DNA of 64,000 bases from Candidatus Giovannonibacteria bacterium RIFCSPHIGHO2_01_FULL_45_24 (lineage in GTDB: Bacteria; Patescibacteriota; Minisyncoccia; UBA11713; 2-01-FULL-45-33), in contig MFHE01000010.1 of assembly GCA_001778495.1 (NCBI GenBank), forward strand, positions 55,292-119,291. Direction: 5' to 3'. The notes under the pieces were generated by a model that was not told the DNA's origin, searched no databases, and saw only the letters and a program-made list of their open reading frames with translations. Position 1 is the stretch's first letter. Each line of letters opens with the position of its first letter. A program made the translations under genes and the position numbers. This document shows, piece after piece, positions 9,507-19,632 of the stretch.

Positions 9507-11123
9507 TTATTTTGCAAGCCATATCCATAAACTTTTAGAATCTTCTATTTCGTGCTTAATAAATTTAAAACCGGCGGTCTCTGCAATCTGTTTTGCTTCG
9601 GCGGGCGTTACCGAGACGCCATACGCCCAATGCCATTTGTAAGGGCCTCGGCCCGTCCGCAAATGCAATTTAGCAATTCCGCCGGGCTTTAATGTTCTAT
9701 AAATTTCTTTGAATTTAGCCGCCAAAATTCCGCGCGCGGGAATATGCTGAAGCGTCTGGTACGAAAAAACGAAATTAAAATGATTGTCTGGAAAAGCAAT
9801 AATTTTGCCGTCAGATATTTTAAAATCTATATTTTTCGTGTCCGCCAACCTTTTTTTGGCGCTTTCCACCATAACGTCGGAAATATCAATAGCGCAGGTT
9901 TTGGCAAAATGCCGCGGGAAAAACTCAGTCATCCGCCCCAGCCCGCAGCCGATTTCCAAAGTGCTTGAGGGATTAGATTTCGCCAAAACCCGCGCAAGCA
10001 GCGCGTCCCCCGCGACATATTTTTCATAATCCGCCAAACCGGTTTCCCGCAGTTCAAATTCGTTTACGTCCCGTCCGCTCGGCGTTTTTGTATTAGCGTA
10101 ATATCTCGCGTTCTTCTTCGCCAGACCGTTCCAAATTTCCCTAACCTCGCCAAAAGACCTCTCCGGAACAGCGCGCGAGGCGGCGTTCACCAAAAACCTC
10201 AATTTTCTGCGCGCTGATTGGACAGGCGGCGCTGAATTAAATTTATTCCACAAAAAATCCCACGCTCGCATATCGCCAAGTGTCCGCCGCTCCTCCTCCC
10301 AAGATGAAAACCACTCCGGCAGAGAATCGTGCACTGCCTCGTTTTTTTTATGGCGCTCGTTGCTTAAATATGCCGCGCGCATAAGCTCTATGTTATTTTT
10401 ATCCGCCGCATGCGCGCTCCAAAACGCGAAAAGGTCCTTGGGCAAGCAATGCCCGCCAAACGCCTGCCCATATCTTAAGTAATTTTTTTTCTCAAAGACA
10501 AAATCAATAACTGCTTCGTCGCGCGCCAAGTCTCCAAATTCGTTTATAAAAGCGACTCTGGCCGCGTTCCAAAGATTGGAGAGATATTTAACATAGGATG
10601 CCTGTTCCGGCGTACCTTTAAAAACTTTTCTGGCGCGAAGCTGCCACGCCGAAAGGAAACTCGGCTCCGAAAGCCGCCCTTGCCCCTTGCCCAAAACAAA
10701 ATAATGCGGGTTTAAACATTCTTCAACGGCGTGGCGTTCATGCAGAAACTCCGGAACGTAAAAATCAAAATCCAGCGCCTTTAAATTTTGCGGCAAAACG
10801 GTTGAGCGCAAAACAACTCTTCCGCGGGCAGGTTTCAGCGAATCCAGCGATTTTTTTATAAGCGTCACGTCTTGCGAGCCGTCTTCCCTCACCGTGTCGC
10901 CCACGGCGACAATATACCAGGTATTTTGGCCGTCCTTCTCCAAAACTTTTTGGAGGGGGGCTATTTCCGCGTAAAGATTCTGATATTTATCGCCATAGCG
11001 CAAAACCGGCGGCGCGATGTCATAATAAAAAACCGGATATCCCATCCGAGTCAGCGCCAAAGCGTTTGCCTGCCCCACCCAGCCATAGCCAATGATTACG
11101 ATGATTTCTCTGCTACTCTGCAT
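9507..11123 (-). CDS. UDP-glucose/GDP-mannose dehydrogenase (N-terminal and central domains) fused to a class I SAM methyltransferase
   Basis: IGYGWVG, RSTVLP, PEFL, KYLSN and FGGHCLPKD; C-terminal LEIGCGLGR...LKPGG. Confidence 0.82.
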   Translation of the reverse strand: MQSSREIIVIIGYGWVGQANALALTRMGYPVFYYDIAPPVLRYGDKYQNLYAEIAPLQKVLEKDGQNTWYIVAVGDTVREDGSQDVTLIKKSLDSLKPARGRVVLRSTVLPQNLKALDFDFYVPEFLHERHAVEECLNPHYFVLGKGQGRLSEPSFLSAWQLRARKVFKGTPEQASYVKYLSNLWNAARVAFINEFGDLARDEAVIDFVFEKKNYLRYGQAFGGHCLPKDLFAFWSAHAADKNNIELMRAAYLSNERHKKNEAVHDSLPEWFSSWEEERRTLGDMRAWDFLWNKFNSAPPVQSARRKLRFLVNAASRAVPERSFGEVREIWNGLAKKNARYYANTKTPSGRDVNEFELRETGLADYEKYVAGDALLARVLAKSNPSSTLEIGCGLGRMTEFFPRHFAKTCAIDISDVMVESAKKRLADTKNIDFKISDGKIIAFPDNHFNFVFSYQTLQHIPARGILAAKFKEIYRTLKPGGIAKLHLRTGRGPYKWHWAYGVSVTPAEAKQIAETAGFKFIKHEIEDSKSLWIWLAK

Positions 11124-11124
11124 A

Positions 11125-12861
11125 TCAATATATAACCCTGTAAAGGTCTATATTGTTGTGCGCAATGAGAAGCTCGAGATTAAGAAAAGACAAATCCCAT
11201 TCGGGATTTTTGTTTTTGTCCCACACAATATACTTGACGCCGTATTTATTCAACAGACCGGCTACCCCGCCATTGGCCGTCAATTGAGAATATTTTTGGC
11301 TAAGCTCTGAAATCAGCCGCTCCCTATGCGGACCTATAACGTTTTTATCGGCTTTCGCCTTATAAATATAATCGTAATAATCCATACCGGAGGAAAACCC
11401 CTCTATAAATCCGTAAAGGCCTTTGTAAAAAGAGTAGTCGGCTCCATCGCTCATCACGCCGCGCAAGTAGCCGGCAAAGTTACCGCGCGCCTCTTTATTT
11501 AAATATGCGTAAACATAAAGCATATCTGAAAAACGTGAAAAAGGTATTATGGTTTGCGAAGCCGCTCCCGCCCAAAACAAATCATGATTAGTATAAATCG
11601 TAGTAAGATAAGCCAAATGATCGTCCGCAGCTAATACAACTCCGGGATTAGCATCTTTTTTTAATTCCGCGATTATCGGCTGATATGATTGCTCGTATTC
11701 CTTCCCCGGCAAAGTTGTCCAAAAAGACCGATATTGCCCGAAGGCGCCGTGCAAAAATACGACAACCAGCATAGACGCAAACAGCTGCCTCCGCAACGCA
11801 AAACCATCCAGCAGTTCCCATAACATGTACAAACCCGTGAGAATGGAAAGCGGGACAATAAAATACCAGTAGTAATGCCCGATCTCAACCGCCTTGCCGG
11901 TGATTATTTGCTGGTTTAAAGAAATCCATCCGGCCAGAACCAGCGCGAAAATCAGAATAATATTCGCATTATCCCTCTTTCGATGCCAAAACAACGCGAA
12001 GAGTAAAAGCATGGCGGCGCCGATTTTACTGAAAATCGGCAGATGCGTGCGGCTTGACCAATGAAAATATGCAATCTGCGCGCCGATGTCGGATTGAAAA
12101 AGCGCCCACATCTGAAAAAGATTATAAAACCCGATCAGCATGCCGACCGCGGAAATAAAGACCAGCGATTTTGCGGGCGCCCATTCACGTTTTAGAAAAT
12201 ACAGCAAAAACAGCGCTCCGTTGAAAGCCAAAGCGAAAGTCCAGGCAAAAAAGTATATGTAAAAAAGCGAACCAAGCGCAACGGCGGAGAAAAATCCGGA
12301 AATAAATTTTTTCGTCCTAAGCCATAAGATTAAAAGGTTTAAATACGCGAAAAAAGCCAGAGAGCTCACGTAAGGAAACATCGGCCGACCGTAAATGTTA
12401 AAGTCGTTGTAAAGAAATTGTCTGTAGACGACATGATATCCGCCAATCGCGGACACGGCCGCGACGGCGGATAAAAGCCTGCTTCCCGAAAGTTGCCAAA
12501 CGAAAAAATAAGCCAGCAGAACCAAAGCAAAAATCCCGATAAAATTATAGATGTTATACAGAGTTATAACATTGATTCTATCGACAAACCCCAGAAACCT
12601 TATCGGCGCAGTAAATACGCGCTCGTTATACATAAACATAATGTCTTGCCGCTCCTTGCCATCGCGCAGCCACGGATTGCCCATGCCGCGCCCTTCCAGC
12701 GCTTCTTTTGCTCGGCTTAAATAAAAATGCGAATCGGTGCCGAAATGTGGGATATTGATGCCTTGATAATTTTTTGAGACAAAAGGAAACACCAAAATCG
12801 GCGCCTCAATCAAAAGAGTCAGTAGCAACCCTAAAATGATAATCAAGCGGTGTTCACGCAT
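11125..12861 (-). CDS. Multi-TM GT-C-like membrane protein (paralog of the genes at 25346 and 27171)
   Basis: About 12 hydrophobic segments, D..FY after TM1, and shared LNQQIITG and YIVWDKNKNPEWDLS motifs. Confidence 0.65.
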   Translation of the reverse strand: MREHRLIIILGLLLTLLIEAPILVFPFVSKNYQGINIPHFGTDSHFYLSRAKEALEGRGMGNPWLRDGKERQDIMFMYNERVFTAPIRFLGFVDRINVITLYNIYNFIGIFALVLLAYFFVWQLSGSRLLSAVAAVSAIGGYHVVYRQFLYNDFNIYGRPMFPYVSSLAFFAYLNLLILWLRTKKFISGFFSAVALGSLFYIYFFAWTFALAFNGALFLLYFLKREWAPAKSLVFISAVGMLIGFYNLFQMWALFQSDIGAQIAYFHWSSRTHLPIFSKIGAAMLLLFALFWHRKRDNANIILIFALVLAGWISLNQQIITGKAVEIGHYYWYFIVPLSILTGLYMLWELLDGFALRRQLFASMLVVVFLHGAFGQYRSFWTTLPGKEYEQSYQPIIAELKKDANPGVVLAADDHLAYLTTIYTNHDLFWAGAASQTIIPFSRFSDMLYVYAYLNKEARGNFAGYLRGVMSDGADYSFYKGLYGFIEGFSSGMDYYDYIYKAKADKNVIGPHRERLISELSQKYSQLTANGGVAGLLNKYGVKYIVWDKNKNPEWDLSFLNLELLIAHNNIDLYRVIY

Positions 12862-13927
12862 TTAAGATTTTGGCTATCCGCGCCACCTCTCTTGTTTTCA
12901 AAAACGGGTGCATTGGCAAAGAGAAAATTTCTTTGGAATGTTTTTCGGCGTTGGGGAATTTGCCTTTATAATTAAAAACCGGCTGGCGGTGCAAAAGAAG
13001 CGGATAATGAATCATTGTTTGAATGCCATTTTTTTTCAAGTCCGCCATTAAAGCATCACGGTTTTGGACGCGCGCGACAAAGAGATGATAAACGTGTTCG
13101 TTTTCGTTATTTATTGCAGGTAGAATAATATTCTTGTTACTGACCAGTTTTTCATATAATTTAGCGATATCTCTTCTTTTTTGATTCCACTTATCCAAAT
13201 ATTTCAATTTAACGCTTAAAATCGCCGCTTGTTTTTCATCCAAACGGCTGTTGATGCCGAACATCGCGCTTGTTACCCGGTCGTGCGCCCCATAAAAACG
13301 CAATGCCAGCAGTTTTTTATAATAATCCTCGCTATTTGTGGTAATGGCGCCGCCATCCCCGTAAGCGCCAAGATTTTTCGTCGGATAAAAACTAAAACAG
13401 CCAAAATCTCCCCAGCCGCCGACTTTTCTGCCGTTCCATTCCGCTCCGCTGGCTTGGGCGCAATCTTCTATTAAAAATATCTTATGCGCTTTCGCGAGAG
13501 CTTTTAGCTTTTCCATATCGCAGGCGCACCCGTAAAGATGCACAGGCATTATCGCTTTTGTCCTTTTATTTATAAGCGCAGGAATTTTATTTGCGTCTAT
13601 CAAAAAATTCTCATCAGAGTCGCAAAAAACCGGGTTCGCTCCGCTCATCTTAACCGCCATGGCGGTGGCCAAGGCAGTGTTTACGGGCACAATTACTTCA
13701 TCTCCTCGACCGATGCCCAAAGCAAGCAAGCTTAAATAGAGCGCGTCTGTTCCGGATGCGACTCCGACGGCATATCGGACGCCGCAATATTTCGCGAATT
13801 TTTTTTCAAAATTTTCCACTTCCGGTCCCAAAATAAAAAACCCGCGCCGCAACACCCTGCTGATTGCGGCGTCAATTTCTTTTTTGATCAATCGATATTC
13901 GCGATTGAAGTTAACGAAATGTATCAT
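12854..13927 (-). CDS. DegT-family aminotransferase (FdtB-like)
   Basis: IEDCAQA, SFYPTKNLGAYGDGG and NSRLDE motifs. Confidence 0.92.
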   Translation of the reverse strand: MIHFVNFNREYRLIKKEIDAAISRVLRRGFFILGPEVENFEKKFAKYCGVRYAVGVASGTDALYLSLLALGIGRGDEVIVPVNTALATAMAVKMSGANPVFCDSDENFLIDANKIPALINKRTKAIMPVHLYGCACDMEKLKALAKAHKIFLIEDCAQASGAEWNGRKVGGWGDFGCFSFYPTKNLGAYGDGGAITTNSEDYYKKLLALRFYGAHDRVTSAMFGINSRLDEKQAAILSVKLKYLDKWNQKRRDIAKLYEKLVSNKNIILPAINNENEHVYHLFVARVQNRDALMADLKKNGIQTMIHYPLLLHRQPVFNYKGKFPNAEKHSKEIFSLPMHPFLKTREVARIAKILNA

Positions 13928-13949
13928 AAAATATTTTCATACGCCCACT

Positions 13950-14711
13950 TTATAATTTTTTAGCCAAGCACACAATTGATAAGCCAAAAGGCAAATTTAT
14001 ATAAGGTAACAATCCTGCTTCCGCCGCCAATACATAATATAACCACCGATCCAACCAATATGGCACGTTGAACAAGCTTTTTGTATGATCGTTGCAAGAA
14101 GGAAAAGGCCGTTCCAATAATCTAATCACTAACGCAACAGGAAAAAGAAAAAAATTAACATAACTGGCTTTCATGACTATAAATCCATTATCTTCTAATT
14201 TCTTAATCAATTCTTTTCTAGTATATCGGTGTTTGGTCCAAACCATTCTGTCGTGATGGCTTTGCAGCCAATCAAACGCCGGTTCGCGCAACAATAGCAA
14301 GCCGCCGCGGCGTAATACCCTGGCAAATTCCCGCAAAACCGCTTTGTCGTCGCTAATCGAACTGTGGTATAACACATCGTTGCAGTTCACTAAATCGTAA
14401 GACGCACTCTTGCAAGGCAATTTCTCCAAATTCCCTTCCAGTATCGTGGCTTTCTTCCTAAGATTGGCATATAAAACTGCTTTCGGATTAATATCTACGC
14501 CCGTAACGGTGCCGTAGCGCCCAAGAAGGTCTAGCATACCTCCTGTACCGCACCCTGCATCTAAAATATTATTATCTACACCTCTCACGTATTTATCCAA
14601 AATAATCTTGCTGATTTTTCTCATTCCGCGATACCACCAAAAAGCATCCTCGTGAGCATAAATATCATCGTATACCCTGCTTTCCATAAACAAGTTTACT
14701 TCTTCCTGCAA
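13950..14711 (-). CDS. Class I SAM methyltransferase
   Basis: EDAFWWYRG, LDAGCGTG and LPFGLSI motifs. Confidence 0.85.
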   Translation of the reverse strand: MQEEVNLFMESRVYDDIYAHEDAFWWYRGMRKISKIILDKYVRGVDNNILDAGCGTGGMLDLLGRYGTVTGVDINPKAVLYANLRKKATILEGNLEKLPCKSASYDLVNCNDVLYHSSISDDKAVLREFARVLRRGGLLLLREPAFDWLQSHHDRMVWTKHRYTRKELIKKLEDNGFIVMKASYVNFFLFPVALVIRLLERPFPSCNDHTKSLFNVPYWLDRWLYYVLAAEAGLLPYINLPFGLSIVCLAKKL

Positions 14712-15529
14712 ATAATTGTTTGCATCATGCCGCCGCCGAAAACCGCAGTAAGCGTAAAAACAGCGGCTACTCCGGCGCGATAAACGGCTTCTAAAACCGC
14801 ATTGCTTTTTGGCACATCTAAAGCGGCTAGCGGGAAATTATGATTTCTTTGCAAAAGAATTTCAAATCCGCAGTTTTCCAAAAGTTTTTTCAAAGACGCG
14901 TTTGTATAATGCTGCAGATGCGCGTGGTCATAAAGCCTGTCATACGGACCCATAATGCCAAGCGCTTTCAATAAGTCGGCTAAACGATAAATTAGGCCAT
15001 TGCTGTTAATCGTCGCAACAACAGCTATGCCCTCGCGCCCCAAAGCGCTGAAAATATTTTTAGTAAATAAAACAGGATTTTCCATATGCTCAATAGCCAT
15101 AAGACTGGTAACAACATCAAAATTTTGCTTGAGCTCCATTGTATTAAAATCGCCGTGCATAAAAGAAATGTTTGCGTCTTCAAAAAGCCGGGCGATGTCA
15201 ACTCCATACAGCGCAGTTTTTTTTCGGTAATTGGCAAAAAACTTTAAAAAATCTCCATTTCCGCAGCCAACATCCAAAAGCGCAATATTTTTATGGCCGA
15301 AATGCGCATTGACTTGATCCGCTATAAACCGAAAAAGTTTCGTGTTCGGATTTTTAAACCAATTCTCGTGTTCTTTGGAAAAATAATCATGATTATATTT
15401 TTTTTGCCGGGCCGCAGGTATAACAGTAAACACATGGCTACATAAAGAGCATTCGTAAATGGAGAGCTCGGCATCTTTAGTCAGATTATTGGCGGCGTTG
15501 CTACATATTGTGCATCTGGCTTGATTCAT
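14696..15529 (-). CDS. Class I SAM methyltransferase with N-terminal Zn-ribbon
   Basis: CxxC...CxxC, LDVGCGNG and IEHM motifs. Confidence 0.85.
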   Translation of the reverse strand: MNQARCTICSNAANNLTKDAELSIYECSLCSHVFTVIPAARQKKYNHDYFSKEHENWFKNPNTKLFRFIADQVNAHFGHKNIALLDVGCGNGDFLKFFANYRKKTALYGVDIARLFEDANISFMHGDFNTMELKQNFDVVTSLMAIEHMENPVLFTKNIFSALGREGIAVVATINSNGLIYRLADLLKALGIMGPYDRLYDHAHLQHYTNASLKKLLENCGFEILLQRNHNFPLAALDVPKSNAVLEAVYRAGVAAVFTLTAVFGGGMMQTIICRKK

Positions 15530-15930
15530 ATTTTTACAAACTTCAAAAACTCGTCGTAATCCCTGATATAATCGCTTGCGTCTTCAAAATCGTCAGCCAC
15601 GACAAGTATAACGCAATCCTTTGAAAAATCCGTCATTGAATGCCACACCCTTTTTTTAAGCCGCATGCCGCGCGCCGGGTCATTCATAGCAACGCTCCAT
15701 TTTTTGTTTCCGTCATCCATATGGAGCGTGAATGAGCCCAGCAGGCAAAAAATTACCTGCTCCCGCTTTTTATGCGCGTGCATCCCGCGCGCGATTTTGC
15801 CGTCCGGGACGTTCCGTATAAAATAAAACTCTTTTATGGCAAACGGTATTTGCTCATAAATCTTGCCGGCGTATAATTCGCCGACTGGACCTTTAATGGA
15901 TTTTAAAATAATTTCGTCTGGATTTGCCAT
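15526..15930 (-). CDS. FdtA/QdtA-like dTDP-4-keto-6-deoxyhexose 3,4-ketoisomerase (cupin)
   Basis: RGMHAHKK, VWHSMTDFSKDC and DYIRDYDEF motifs. Confidence 0.88.
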   Translation of the reverse strand: MANPDEIILKSIKGPVGELYAGKIYEQIPFAIKEFYFIRNVPDGKIARGMHAHKKREQVIFCLLGSFTLHMDDGNKKWSVAMNDPARGMRLKKRVWHSMTDFSKDCVILVVADDFEDASDYIRDYDEFLKFVKI

Positions 15931-15942
15931 ATGTTAGCGGCA

Positions 15943-16683
15943 TTATTTTTTTGGATAAGTTTTTAGCAATTTTCTCATTTTGAAAAACAGCTTTACGTCG
16001 CCAATCAGCTTCTCTTTAAGAAGCGTAAAAGCGGTATAACTTGATTTGCCATATTCCCGTTCATAATGATTTACATAAACTTCCGCGAATCTGGCGCCGG
16101 CCAGCTCCAATTTTTTAATCATTTCCGGCAAAATTGAGGCGTTTCCGGACTCCAGAACAATTTTGTCCATAACGCTTTTCCTAATTAAACGAAAATCGCA
16201 ATCAACATCTCTTATTGGCAGTTGAAAGAAGAAGCGTGCCAACACAGCATAACTCTTGCTTAAAAAATCCCGCAAAAAACCATATCTCCTATCTTTTTTA
16301 TAACCGTTAACAACATCTGCGCCTGTTTCTTTGTATTTATTCACCAATTTTGGGAAATCGTCTTCCAAACGATACTGCGCGTCGCCGTCGGTATAAAAAA
16401 CAAATTCTTTGGAGCAAGCCGCAAAACCATATTTAATGACAGCGTATCCTTCCGTGTTGTCCCTTTTATCAACAATTTTGAGCTGTGGAAATTTTTCCTT
16501 CATCTCTAAAATCTTTTTAAATGTCCCGTCTTTTGATGGACCGCCGTGAAGGGCAATAACCTCCAAATCATTTGTGAATTTTAAACCAACCTCGTAAGCG
16601 CTAGCAATCATTTTTTCAACATTGCCTTCTTCGTTATAAAAAGGAAAAAAAATTGAAAGGGAGGATAGTTTACTTTCCGCCAT
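15943..16683 (-). CDS. GT2, polyprenol-phosphate glycosyltransferase-like
   Basis: SIFFPFYNEE, YTDGDAQY and DVDCDFRL. Start set at ATG 16683 (MAESK). Confidence 0.85.
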   Translation of the reverse strand: MAESKLSSLSIFFPFYNEEGNVEKMIASAYEVGLKFTNDLEVIALHGGPSKDGTFKKILEMKEKFPQLKIVDKRDNTEGYAVIKYGFAACSKEFVFYTDGDAQYRLEDDFPKLVNKYKETGADVVNGYKKDRRYGFLRDFLSKSYAVLARFFFQLPIRDVDCDFRLIRKSVMDKIVLESGNASILPEMIKKLELAGARFAEVYVNHYEREYGKSSYTAFTLLKEKLIGDVKLFFKMRKLLKTYPKK

Positions 16684-18436
16684 GTCGTTTGAGTCCGTCT
16701 TTAAATAAAACCGTCTCCGTCCACAGGCGCATAAGGCGCCAAGCAACCAAAAAAAGGCGCGGAAAATTTAGCGCTTCAGATTTGCCGTAAGTCCTGAAAT
16801 AATGGCTGACTCCGGCTTCGGCATAGCGGAAACCGGCGTTATGCGCTTTTTTAAGCATCTCTATAGAAAGCACGCCGGAGTTATGCGTCAGCTCCAAAGA
16901 ATCAAGGACTTTTTTCCTAAACAGCCGAAACTCGCAATCGGGATCGCTAATCGGCATCCGGAAAAACCATCTTATAAACCTTCTGTAGGCCTCGCTGATA
17001 ATAATTCTGTGCATTGGCTCCATTTGTTTTGAATGATAACCAACCACAATATCCACGTCATCATTTAAACTTTTCACCAAGGCCGGCAAATCTCCAACAT
17101 CATACTGGCCGTCGCCGTCGGTGTAAAAAATAAAATCCTTCGTCGCCGTACTAAAGGCGCTCTTGAGAGCTGCGCCGTAGCCCATTTTCTTTTCATGGAA
17201 AACCAGTTTTAATTCCGGAATGCTTTTTTGAAGTTCTAAAAGAAACTCACGACTTCCGTCAGAAGAATAATCGTCCGCGACGATAATTTCAAAATCATCA
17301 GTAAATGTCTGTGCAACCCTTCTTCCTTCCAAAATCATGGTTGAAATTGTCCCTTTCATATTAATACAGGGAAAAATCATAGATAAAGACGCAACAGACA
17401 AGCCCGCAAAAGCCCTTTTTCTGATGTCCGCGGACGAGCGTCTCATTTGCTCGCTTGTGCTTTCATATTTTCTTAAAGCGCCATTAAGCCATGCATGATT
17501 TTCTTTATACCAATCAATGGTCACCGGGATATGGCTGTCCAGCGAATGCCGCGGGCGCCATCCTAAAGCGAGCAACTTTGACGGATTAACCGCATACCTC
17601 CTGTCATTTGCCGGACGGTCTTCAACGAAAGTAATCAGATTTTCCCGCTTGTTTAAAATTTTTAATATTTTTCCGGCAATATCCATGTTTGAGCATTCTT
17701 CATCTGCGGAAACTCCGTATGTCTCCCCATAAGGGGCTTTTTCCAAAAGAGCGAGAACAGCGCGGGTGTGGTCGTCTACGTGAATCCACGACCGCACATT
17801 CAAACCGCTGCCGTGAATCGGCAAGGGCTTGTTGTCCATTGCCAGCATGGCGAAAAACGGAATTACTTTTTCCGGATGCTGCCTCGGCCCAAAATTATTG
17901 ACCGAACGCGAAATAATCACCGGCAGGCCGTAGGTCTTTTGATAAGCGCGCACCAGCATCTCTCCTGCGGCCTTGGAAGCGGCGTACGGGGAATTCGGCT
18001 TAAGCGGCGACTCTTCGGTGAACTTCTCATGCGACTTAAAATGCAAGTCGCCCCAGACCTCGTCCGTTGAGATATGAACCATTTTTTTAACGTTGGGCGA
18101 GCCCCTCAACGCCTTTAAAAGCGAGTGGACGCCGACGACGTTGGTATGCACAAAATCGTCGGCGTCGGAATGGATTGACCTGTCCACATGGCTCTCGGCA
18201 GCAAAGTTTACTACAAAGTCGGATTCCAGCATCAGCTTTTTTACGAGCTCCGTGTCGCAAATGTCCCCTTTCACAAACCGGTATCTGGACGGCGGCACGC
18301 CGCGAAGATTTTCTTCGTTCCCGACGTAAGTCAAAAGGTCAAGATTTATGACGAAACTTTCGGGGAAATTATCCAAAATATAATGGATAAAATTAGACCC
18401 CATAAACCCGCACCCTCCCGTAACAAGAAAAGTCAT
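16670..18436 (-). CDS. rfbB: dTDP-glucose 4,6-dehydratase fused to a C-terminal GT2
   Basis: TGGCGFMG, AAESHVDRS, STDEV and YAASK; the C-terminal domain has DDYSSDG and YTDGDGQY. Confidence 0.88.
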   Translation of the reverse strand: MTFLVTGGCGFMGSNFIHYILDNFPESFVINLDLLTYVGNEENLRGVPPSRYRFVKGDICDTELVKKLMLESDFVVNFAAESHVDRSIHSDADDFVHTNVVGVHSLLKALRGSPNVKKMVHISTDEVWGDLHFKSHEKFTEESPLKPNSPYAASKAAGEMLVRAYQKTYGLPVIISRSVNNFGPRQHPEKVIPFFAMLAMDNKPLPIHGSGLNVRSWIHVDDHTRAVLALLEKAPYGETYGVSADEECSNMDIAGKILKILNKRENLITFVEDRPANDRRYAVNPSKLLALGWRPRHSLDSHIPVTIDWYKENHAWLNGALRKYESTSEQMRRSSADIRKRAFAGLSVASLSMIFPCINMKGTISTMILEGRRVAQTFTDDFEIIVADDYSSDGSREFLLELQKSIPELKLVFHEKKMGYGAALKSAFSTATKDFIFYTDGDGQYDVGDLPALVKSLNDDVDIVVGYHSKQMEPMHRIIISEAYRRFIRWFFRMPISDPDCEFRLFRKKVLDSLELTHNSGVLSIEMLKKAHNAGFRYAEAGVSHYFRTYGKSEALNFPRLFLVAWRLMRLWTETVLFKDGLKRHGGK

Positions 18437-18475
18437 ATCCCTTATAACTTAGCAGACGAACTCAAGGTTTAGCAA

Positions 18476-18503
18476 ATAAAATAGCGCGCAGGGCGCGCTA
18501 TCT
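18476..18503 (-). terminator. Rho-independent terminator of the cupin gene
   Basis: ATAGCGCGC-AGG-GCGCGCTAT stem with a T-tract on the minus strand. Confidence 0.65.
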
Positions 18504-18520
18504 ATGAGGTATTCCGGACG

Positions 18521-18940
18521 CTATAGCTTTTTACAGGCACAAGACGGAAGACTTGAAATCGATTCCGCGGGATTGTAATTTGTTGAAGCAATGCAGATTA
18601 AAACAGTGCCTGGATCGAGCCGGGCATCATGCCAAACATCGCCCGGTATAAAAAGAGCCCGATCGCGGCTATCCAAAACCACCTCTTGGCATTCTTTCGC
18701 ACTATGAAGGTTTGTCGTGACTCTTCCCACGGGGACGAGCCAGATCTCTTGTTTCCCTCCATGAGGATGGTAGTGCCCGCCACGTTTAATAGCATCTCCA
18801 GTGTTGTTGACGATGTAATAAACCCTGCGAGCGGCCTCGAAAGCGCCATTTGTATCTCTAATAACTTCGGACGCCACCAATACCCCGCCGCGCTTTTGAT
18901 CAACGAATTCCAAAAATTTGACAACGGCCCATTTAGTCAT
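18521..18940 (-). CDS. FdtA/WxcM-like cupin (second, divergent copy)
   Basis: RRVYYI, RGGHYH and IPGDVWHD motifs; SD AGAAAGGAG upstream. Confidence 0.78.
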   Translation of the reverse strand: MTKWAVVKFLEFVDQKRGGVLVASEVIRDTNGAFEAARRVYYIVNNTGDAIKRGGHYHPHGGKQEIWLVPVGRVTTNLHSAKECQEVVLDSRDRALFIPGDVWHDARLDPGTVLICIASTNYNPAESISSLPSCACKKL

Positions 18941-18975
18941 TGTTTGCGCCTCTCCTTTCTGGTTACAAAGCTATA

Positions 18976-19632
18976 TTACTTTATTGGCTTAGTCAAGAGC
19001 AGGTGGAATGTATTAAAATATAACGGACGAAGTAATGTAAAATATAAAACAAAAAACGGCAAGCGCGTAGCGCCGAAGAATTTTCTGATTTTTTCTTTTC
19101 GAATGTCTTCTGCGGAAAAACCGGCGGCGCGGACAAGCTTCGCGGCGCGGCTATAAGTGTAATAATGCATCGTAGTCAGTTTCTGGCGGCCGGCGGAGCC
19201 GTCCTCTTTTTGTTTTCCTAAAAATTTTAAAATCGGCCCGGTCCACGCTCTTGGCATCCAATTAATAAAATGCAAATGATAATGGTAATCGTAGACGCCC
19301 CAGCGGTTGTGGAAACTTATGTAGCATCTGCAGCCGGGCTTCAATACGCGGAAAATTTCCTGAAGCATGCGCGCCGGATTATCTACGTGCTCGCTGACCT
19401 CGGCGCAATTGACAAAATCAAAATGATTATCTGGAAACGGCAAATTTTCCGCGCTTGCTCGGACAACTTTTCCGCCTATGGCGGAAAAAACGCGCTCTGG
19501 GCTTGACTCCACTCCGTACGCATCAAATCCCAAGCCGGCCATCTCGCGCAAAAAATTTCCTTTGCCGGAGCCCACGTCCAAAACCTTGCCGCCAATCGGA
19601 ACAAATTGTCCGCAATATTCAGCGTGGCTCAT
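18976..19632 (-). CDS. Class I SAM methyltransferase
   Basis: LDVGSGKG, LPFPDNHFD and EIFRVLKPG. Start set at ATG 19632. Confidence 0.85.
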   Translation of the reverse strand: MSHAEYCGQFVPIGGKVLDVGSGKGNFLREMAGLGFDAYGVESSPERVFSAIGGKVVRASAENLPFPDNHFDFVNCAEVSEHVDNPARMLQEIFRVLKPGCRCYISFHNRWGVYDYHYHLHFINWMPRAWTGPILKFLGKQKEDGSAGRQKLTTMHYYTYSRAAKLVRAAGFSAEDIRKEKIRKFFGATRLPFFVLYFTLLRPLYFNTFHLLLTKPIK

